Source of the DNA: Bugula neritina | Lineage: Eukaryota; Animalia; Bryozoa | Length of the DNA: 64,000 bases | Direction: 5' to 3' | Assembly: GCA_964035545.1 (NCBI GenBank) | Contig: OZ037767.1 | Coordinates: 23,452,628 to 23,516,627, forward strand | Shown here: one piece after another, positions 13,055 to 22,000 of the stretch | How the letters are laid out: each line of letters opens with the position of its first letter | Numbering within the stretch: the first letter of the stretch is position 1 | Program-made: the position numbers and the translations under genes | Notes under the pieces: model-generated | The model's input: only the letters and a program-made list of their open reading frames with translations | Told to the model about the DNA's origin: nothing | Databases searched by the model: none

Positions 13055-16000
13055 TCAAAAGAATGCCCTACATCTTTCATGAAGTACCTATAAGAGACAA
13101 AACAACCTATCAGTCAAAGTATTCATGAAAACTACCATTACTTCTTTACAAACAACCAAAGGATTCATTTTTAATTTCAATTTTATGTAATTAAAATAAC
13201 AAAAATATTTTCAACTGAATAAAAAATTATCTGACTAGCAGAACTAACAGAATATAACACCTTCAAGTGCTGTGTATACCTTACGAGTTCTTTCTTGGAC
13301 GATTTCTTCAACACCTAACTCGGATTGCAGTGATCGCAACTAAAAACATAAAAATTGACTGAGCTGAAGTATGCAGGTGAAAATAAATGGTGAGATTTTT
13401 TTACCATGATAAGAAATCTCTTTTCACTTTTTGATAACTTCAAAATATGTAAATTTCAAGGTTGTTACAGTAGGGCCAAAACGCCCAACTACATAACTAT
13501 TAATGCTAATGGACAGAAGTTAAATCACAATTTGAGCTTCTTAAAAAGTCATTACACCAAAAAGATAGTAATGGCCACCCTTTGCTTTGATCTAAGGCAA
13601 AATATTAAAGTTGGCAAACACCTAGCATAGAACTACAATCTTGGAAAAGAAATTTATTATTCAATACTGCAAATACTATACCTTGATTTGAGCATTACTG
13701 AAAGCTTTTCTTGCTTGTCTTTCATTTGAAAAATCTGAAACATCTTTGGCTTTCCTAAGTCTTTCAGTATTTTCAGCGTGATATGAGATACATTTCTTTA
13801 TTGCTTCTTCCCGAGCCTTATGTGATTTGTCTAGCTACAGAAATAACTAAGCAATATTACTGTAATGCATTTCTTTTCGTGGATAACCATGGCCATCATG
13901 AAATTTTGCATTCTTGTCAGTGTATTGCATATTTCTAACATGTTAGAATTAAACCTAATATAATGAAAGTTAGCAATTTTTAGGTTATAACAGCTTGCAA
14001 CTTAGCATAAACTCAAATGTAAAAGCAAGTATAAAGTCATACCAAATTATATACAAACATTTAAAATAGTAAGAGCCATTACAAAGTTTGCATTATAGTT
14101 TCAAAAGAATAAATTTTCCGTTCTAATGAAGTGCACAAATCTTTCGACATTGGTTGAATGAACAGCCTTCAGTCAGCTTTGTAAAAAATTGGCAACTTAT
14201 GAGTTGAAAAGCAATTCTCAGCAACAACTAATATGTCTAACAATAGTGTGGAAACCCGAAACTTGAAAAAATATATATTATGTAAAATATTTTCCAGTAT
14301 ACTCACAATATTACTGAGAAAACTGCAAAAAAAAAACAAAATATGTTTCTACAGAACTATAACTTTCCTAAAAAATTTGGAAATAAAACTATATAGATGA
14401 ATATTGCGAAAACTAAATGGAAATTTATTAATTATGAGAATAATGGGCTACAGTGAAGTATTATAAAATGAAGTCAGGTAGTGTTTAACGACATAGTTGA
14501 GAGTTGAAAGTGATGTGTTAGGATATAATGATACATAACAAACTTTCGGCACTAATAATTTCAATGACTTGATCTAACAAATACAGCTGGGCTACCACCA
14601 CTCAATCTGGTGACATCATTCACTGAATTTAACTCTCACAATTTCTACTGAAACCATAAGTTACCAACATGACTGTTTTTAGTTGCAAGTGATTTAGTTT
14701 TGGGTGAACAATTACCACTGTTTCTTATTCACACTAGGCTATGTAGCAGTGCTTACATTTTCTTTAATTTCTTTACATTTTTCTTGAATGTTAGTTTCCT
14801 TTCTAAATGACTCAATGGATGGAATGGTGGAATTAATTAAATTTATAATAATGTCATCATTCTTCCTTTGTCTATCAAGCAAATCCTAAAACATAAACAA
14901 AAAATAGTCAGATTACTAAAGAAATATTTGGAGACCAAAATAATTACTTTTATGAAACAAAAGCTTCAGCTCAAAATTAGTTTGAAACAATTTTGAATAT
15001 CCCTTCCCCTACAACATCATATGACCAGGAGCTTTTCATGCTTCGAGAGTGTGACCTCAGTGCAACCAAGAAGATACACTTTATTCAATATAAAAGCATA
15101 AAAGAAAAATTGAAGTTGTACTGCAAAAAACTGCAAGATGTAGAAGCATTCTAAGAGCAAAGGGTTACTATAAGCTTTAAAAGCACTAACAATAAAGTAG
15201 AAGCATGTTTCTTGTGGAAATAGATTAACACTTCTATAATCTGGACCGTATTTGAAAGTTGTCACACGGTCTACATTAAAAAATATATATATATAAGGTA
15301 AAGTGCTAAAGTTTATAACTTGGGGCATATATTTTAGTCAAAGTAAAAAATCAATATTTATGTCATAACGCTATACTTGGCTTCTATTGAAAAAAAACAA
15401 AAAGTCTTAAAATAAATAAACATTTCAATACTGGCATTAGCAAAATTAAATAAATAAAATATAAAATCTGATTAAAAAGTAAAATATTAATATTTAAGAC
15501 AATAACAGAATATAAAATAATTATAATATATTAAGTGTCAAATTTAAAATTAATGATGATATATTATTATTGCATAAATTTGAAAGTAAAACTGTGAGTG
15601 GGATTAAAATTCGAGTGTATCAATATAAACATTAATAATATTAGTATTACTACTATTAATATTAAATTTTATCTTATCTTTACCATGAACTATTTTCCTT
15701 TTATAACCATGTCTAGTACTATAACTATTGGTATAAAAATTATCATTACTATTAGTATAACTGAAACTTACCAACTATCAAAATTAAGTTTAACTAATAC
15801 TATAAGTATAACTTAAACTATGTCTATGACTATAGGTATGTGTTGAAGAAAACAATTAATATTATATTCTTATTAATATTCATAGTTTTAGTAATACTTA
15901 TACTAATAGAAATACTGATCACTGTCTGATGGCCATGGTGATATTGATAATTATAGTCAAAATTAAAATATTTACTTCAAGTTCAATGTTCATGTTGACT

Positions 16001-19000
16001 TTGTCTCTTACTATTAGTAAAACTAAAAATAATGTAATCTTAAATTCGATGAAAACCACAAAGACAGTCAGTGTCACTACCAGTATGAGTACCGGTGTGG
16101 CGGTGTCACAATTCAAATTGAAATTGCCAAACTGAACAGAGAATCAAAATGGTCAAACTGAAACTCACTGACAGTGCGCGTGGGTGACTCTCAGTCTGAA
16201 AATTCAACCCGGGCTACACGTTTGACCATTTTGACTTTATTTTGTAATTTGCATTTAGTTTTAGTTTTACTGATTATCATTAAGATTTATTTTAAGTTTT
16301 ACGTTTATAAATATATTGTAGTAAGGACGTAATGCGCGCGTCACCCGTATTCCTTCAGCCTATCCAAGTGCGTCACGTGATAGCCCTCAGTTAGTAGTAG
16401 TTTTGCAGTAGAGCGAGCGTGCTAACTAAGCGAAGATGTAATCTCTAATCTGTGTACGTGCTGTATCTTTTATATAATTAGTAGTAAATAAACTTGGAAA
16501 CTTTTACCTAAATACTTTATTGGTGTAGATAAATAGACATAATTACAAGCTAGGAACCCACGCATAGTAGTTACATAACTTACTACAGTGGTGGCAGCGG
16601 TGGGATTTCTAGCTACTGTATGAGAACAATGAGAAGTATTAGAACATCATGGACGAGGGAGTAACTTCAATGGAAGGAGGTGAGCAGAACATTATTATAG
16701 GCCCTCTCGGAGCTGGAGAGGAGGTATATAGGAACACGTTGGAGGTTCCCGTGTTCACAGGCCGCGAGGATATTGAACAATTCGTTCAAGAATTCCGTGA
16801 AGCTGCAGCCATTACAAGATGGCCGCCAAGAGTAACCCTTACAAAACTGCGGATGGCACTGACGGGAGAAGCCAAGCCGTACGGGTGGAAGCCTAGCATA
16901 AACGGGATCATTGCTACACTACGGGCCCGTTTTGGCATGCCCGTTGCCGTCGCCAAGTCCAGGCTGCGAGGATTACTCCGCAAGACATGTACACCGCTTT
17001 CTGACCACGCCACTCTGGTGCAGAGACTGGCACGGACCGCGTATAGCGATCTGCCAGAAACACACAGACGGCACTACACATTCGAAGCCTTTGTACAGTC
17101 TCTCAACTCTTTGGACTTCCACCACCAGTTACAAGCCAAGGGAGTGACCACAATCGAGGCTGCAATCCAGGAGAACAAGGCCTACGCTGGAGCCGAGCGA
17201 CTCTATAAGACGGAAGAGACCACTCCCCAGACCTCTAGGGAACCAGACCATCCGGTCCACACAGCTGCCGCGACCACTAAACCCCCCATAGAGATGGAGA
17301 TAAGCCGCTTGATGACTAGACTGGGACAATTGGTGGCGACGATAACATACAACCACTCAAGGAAGAGTAAGAGGACGGCAGCAAAACCCCCCAGACCTAT
17401 GATGCGACGCTGGGAAAGCGGCAACCAGGGGCACCGCCACCTGAGCGGCCCACGATTCAAACGGCAGCAGAAACCACAACCTCCCCGGAGACCCCCAGAG
17501 CTCCGCGGGCACACACAGAGAGGAAAACGGGGTGGATGTCGCCAGGAGCCCGTACGGGCCCAGCAACACACCCCCCGTCAATGGCAAACACCTCGCCGAA
17601 CCAGCCAACCGGGTCGACCACGAGACCCCTTCTCTTTGCCTCTCACCAACCGCTTCAGTCCGTTACCAGTAATGGAACAGACCAGCGAGGCCCCTCAGGG
17701 CATCGGGGAGGATCAGAACGCCTCCCCGCAAGGAAACTCTCACCGGCCCCGCAAACCGCGGAACAAACGGGCACAGCCCCGTTCGGCCGAGACCGAGCAC
17801 GCTGGGGGAGTACGGGTACAACCTCACGGAGGCAGCTACTTCTTGCCAGGGAAGGTGGCCGGTAAAGCTGTCACCTTCCTGCTAGACTCCGGGTGTACCA
17901 CTAATCTCCTCAGCCGTCGGGTCTTCGACACCCTCCCTCTCAAGGAGAGGGGAGCCTTAGCTCCCTATACCGGGGAACCGGGCACCCTAGCTGACGGGTC
18001 ACGGATTCCTTTCTACGGTATCATAGAATTGGCTGGGCGCGTCCGCGACCAGGCCATTCAGGAAACCTTCGTCATCAGTCCACTGGAGGAAGATGCCATA
18101 CTGGGGATGCCGTTCTTGAAGAGACACGGGTGCCATATTGACTTTAGCAAGTCAGCCATGCTAATGGGCGGCAAAGAGCTCACCTGCGTCGACAAGTTCG
18201 GTCGTCCTCTAGCGGGAGGTGTGCAGGTAGTACGCAACTGTACTATACCCGGCCGCTCCCGGGCTACCGTTCACTGCAGAGTGAACAATAGCCAACTCTC
18301 GGGGCTAGGGGTTGTCGAAGGTGCGCACACTAGAATCCAACTCGCCAGCAGTCTTAACCGGCTGACTGACCGAGGAGAGATCTTGGTGCAGTGTGTCAAC
18401 CCCTTCTCCGAAGCGGTACAATTACCGTCAGGATCCATGCTGGGTCGCTTCCACTCCATCCAGGAGGAGGATATAGGGCTGTCGCTGGGAGCTGCGACGG
18501 AAGGTCCCCAACAGAGCCCGTCAGTTAGGCGGGGGACCGTCCCATCACACGTCAAAGAGCTATACCAGGCAGCGTGTAACGGCTGCACGGGCAACGTGGA
18601 ACGCCAGACTATGGCTCAGTTGCTACGTGATTATAGCGACGTGTTCAGCAGTGGGGACCATGACGTCAGCCTGACCACGGCCGTCCGTCATGAGATACCG
18701 CTGGCTGCAGGGACTACCCCTATTCGGCAGCCCACTAGGAGGCTGGGACCCGAGAAGGAAAAGGAGGTCAGCCAACAAGTCCAGGATCTTTTGGACCGCG
18801 GCCTCATCGAGCCAGCACATAGTGCGTGGAGTTCACCGGTCGTTCTGGTCCGAAAGAAAGACGGCAGTTGGCGGTTCTGTGTGGATTATCGCAAGCTCAA
18901 TAGCGTGACCATACAGGACGCCTACCCCTTACCCAGGATCGACGAATCTCTGGACGCCTTAGCCGGCAGCAAGTACTTCAGTACGCTAGACTTGTTGAGC

Positions 19001-22000
19001 GGCTATTGGCAGGTCCCCCTCAGCCCAGACGCCCAGGAGAAGGCGGCGTTCATCACGCGGGACGGCTTATGGAAGTGGAAAGTCCTCCCCTTCGGACTGA
19101 CTTCTGCCCCCGCCACGTTCCAGCGGCTCATGGAACAGGTCCTCAGTGGACTCCACTGGAAGACACTGCTAGTATACCTCGACGACGTCATCGTGATCTC
19201 CCCAGACTTTCAGACGCACGTCAGCCGTCTGCGGGAGGTCTTCGATCGACTCCGAGGCGCCAATCTGAAGCTCAAACCCTCCAAGTGCGCTCTCTTGCAG
19301 CCAGAGGTGAAGTACCTGGGGCACATCGTCGGCCGTCACGGTGTGGCGACGGATCCTGAAAAGGTACGAGCTATAGAAGATTGGGTAACCCCCCAGGATT
19401 TGACCGGGCTACGGGCTTTCCTGGGGCTGGTAGGGTATTACAGGCAATACATACCAGACTTTGCGGGGGTAGCGCAGCCATTAAACCGGCTCACCGCAAA
19501 GGGGGTGACCTGGCAGTGGACTCCCGTCGAACAGAGAGCGTTCGACTGCCTCAAAGGCCGCCTGCTGGAGGCCCCTATCCTGGCCTATCCAGACCCTGCC
19601 CTGGAGTACATCCTCGATACTGACGCCAGTGACCAAAATGTCGGCGCTGTGCTGTCCCAGGTGCAGGAGGGCCGCGAAGTAGTCGTGGCCTACTACAGTA
19701 AGTCTCTCTCGCCCACTGAACGAAATTACTGCACTACCCGAAAGGAATTGCTGGCAGTAATCAAGTCAGTGAAGCATTTCAGACCTTATCTATACGGCAG
19801 GAAGTTCCGCTTGCGGACCGACCACGCCTCCTTGATTTGGTTATGTAAGAGAGCAGAACCGCCCAGCCAAGTCGCCCGATGGCTCGAGGTCCTGGCTGAG
19901 TTCTCTTACCGGATCGAGCACCGACCCGGTAAGAAACACGGCAATGCTGATGGACTGAGCCGGCGACCGGACGAGGGGTGTAAACAGTGCCTCAACATCG
20001 AGAAGAGGGACGGAGGTCCTCCAAAATCCGAGTTGAGAGCACTGAACCACTCTGAAACGGAGTATGACTGGGACCAGGGTCAACTCCTACAGAAGGCCGC
20101 TACGCCCCCGGAGGCTATCCAACGCCTCCGTGCCAATCCTGTCTTGGCTGATAACGTTAGGGAGCTACGAAGACTCCAGGAGGACCTCCCTGGAGTGGTA
20201 GCCGACGTATATCGTGCCAAAAAGGAGGGGCGACGACCCAGTGAAGAACAACTGCGGCAGGGATGCACCGAGTTACGGTCGTACTGCCAACGTTGGGACT
20301 CCCTGCGGATCGGGCCAGATGGTCTGCTGACCATCACAGTGGCTGCTCACAACAACCAGTACGGCAGGAAGAGGGTGATCTGCCCAGCCGCCATACGCCG
20401 GGAGTTAGTATGGGACACCCACAAGCAAGCCCACGCCGGGGTGAGCAGGGTGCTCTCCAAGTTACAACTCCGGTGGTACTGGCCCGGCATGGAGCGTGAG
20501 GTGCGGCGTAGAGTCAAACAATGCGAAATCTGCCAGGCCAGCAAGCATGGCCGTCTCCCTGGTGAAGCGGGACGGCGTAGGCTATATGCTGGAAGGCCGT
20601 GGCAGGTGGTAGCTATCGACCTAGTCGGACCCATGCCCGTCACCCCCAGAGGAAACAGTTGGATCCTAGTATTAACCGACCACTTTACACGGTGGGCGGA
20701 TGCCCTGGCTATTCCAGATGCGTCCGCCCCCACAGTGGCCAGGGTGCTGGATCAAAATGTATTCTGCTATCTTGGATTACCTGAGCAAATACATTCGGAC
20801 CAGGGGGCTCAATTCCAGTCCCAACTGTTGAGCGACCTCTGCCGCCTCTGGGGAGTAAACCAAAGCAGGACCACCCCGTACCATCCTCAAGGCAACGGGG
20901 TGGTGGAACGCAACAATCGCATGTTGGGCGATGCACTGCGCAGTCTGCTCCTCGGCCGGGGTCAGGAGGAGTGGGATACGGTACTGCCGCAAGTCATGCG
21001 GGCCTACCGTAGTACACCACACACCAGTACGGGGGAAACCCCTAACCTCCTGATGCTCGGTCGAGAGATGCGAGTGCCTGACCACCTCACATACCACATC
21101 CCAGAGCAGGACTATACCATCCACGAGTATGCCAGTAAATTGATAGAGGACCTGAGGGCCGCACACGAAATACTGCGGGCGAAGCAGTGGCAGGTACGGC
21201 GAGAGGACTCTCAGGAACCACCTCTCTATCAAACTGGGGACTGGGTGTGGATGGTCAACTACCGTAGGCGTCGAGGACAAGCGGCTAAGCTCCAGCCTAA
21301 GTTTGTGGGACCCTACGTAGTAGTTGAGGCTATGCCCAATCATACGTACAAGTTGGAGCGATCTGGACAGGTCTCTGTCCAGAACGAAACCCGCTTGAAA
21401 CCGTATTGGGCTAGCCCAGGAGCAGCAGGAGCAGCCCCCCCGTTGTTGGAGCCCAGGAGGCAGACAGTAACGCGTGGGCGGCAACGGCATGGACCAGAGT
21501 ACGAAGTGGTCGTGCCGCGGGGAGAGGACTTGGTGAGGCAGGAGACGCCACTCCCACCAACGGAAGTGCGCCCACCGCCCCCAGTACCAAGTCTACCCCC
21601 ACCACTTCCGTTTCCGCATCCGCGTCCGGAAGTGCAAAACCCCCCCGTGGGAGGGGCTCCATCTGGAGACAACAGCGGAGAGGGGAACACCACCACCAAC
21701 GGCGGGCCAGAAACACCACAGGTGGAGCAAAATAGCCCACCAGTGAGTACGCCGCCCCAACCAACAGCTACAACTCCCTCTCCAGCTGATACGTCACCTC
21801 CCCTGGAACGGGGACAGCGTACTAGACAACCCTCAGCATACCTTAAAGACTACATATGTGACCGTGTTACAAACGGCAGTTATGAAAGTCTAGCTGGGCG
21901 CCGTACGGAAGGACTGGCAGCAAAGCGTGGGAGTTGTGAACACCACGGAAATCTCAACTTTTGCGAAGGCGGAGTAGTAAACAAAACTACTACGCCCGGG

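Noticed and set aside
15598-16135. Ile/Thr/Ser-rich ORFs (also 11586-11867, 24521-24703)
   Set aside because: By-products of the hexamer-periodic AT-rich tracts; no splice or homology support.
16144-16234. 15-bp inverted repeat TCAAAATGGTCAAAC just upstream of the 5' LTR
   Set aside because: Outside the TSD, so not part of the retrotransposon; no TSD or second copy to define it as an element.
16589-16607. tRNA gene
   Set aside because: Only a 19-nt complement of a tRNA 3' end including CCA; it is the PBS.
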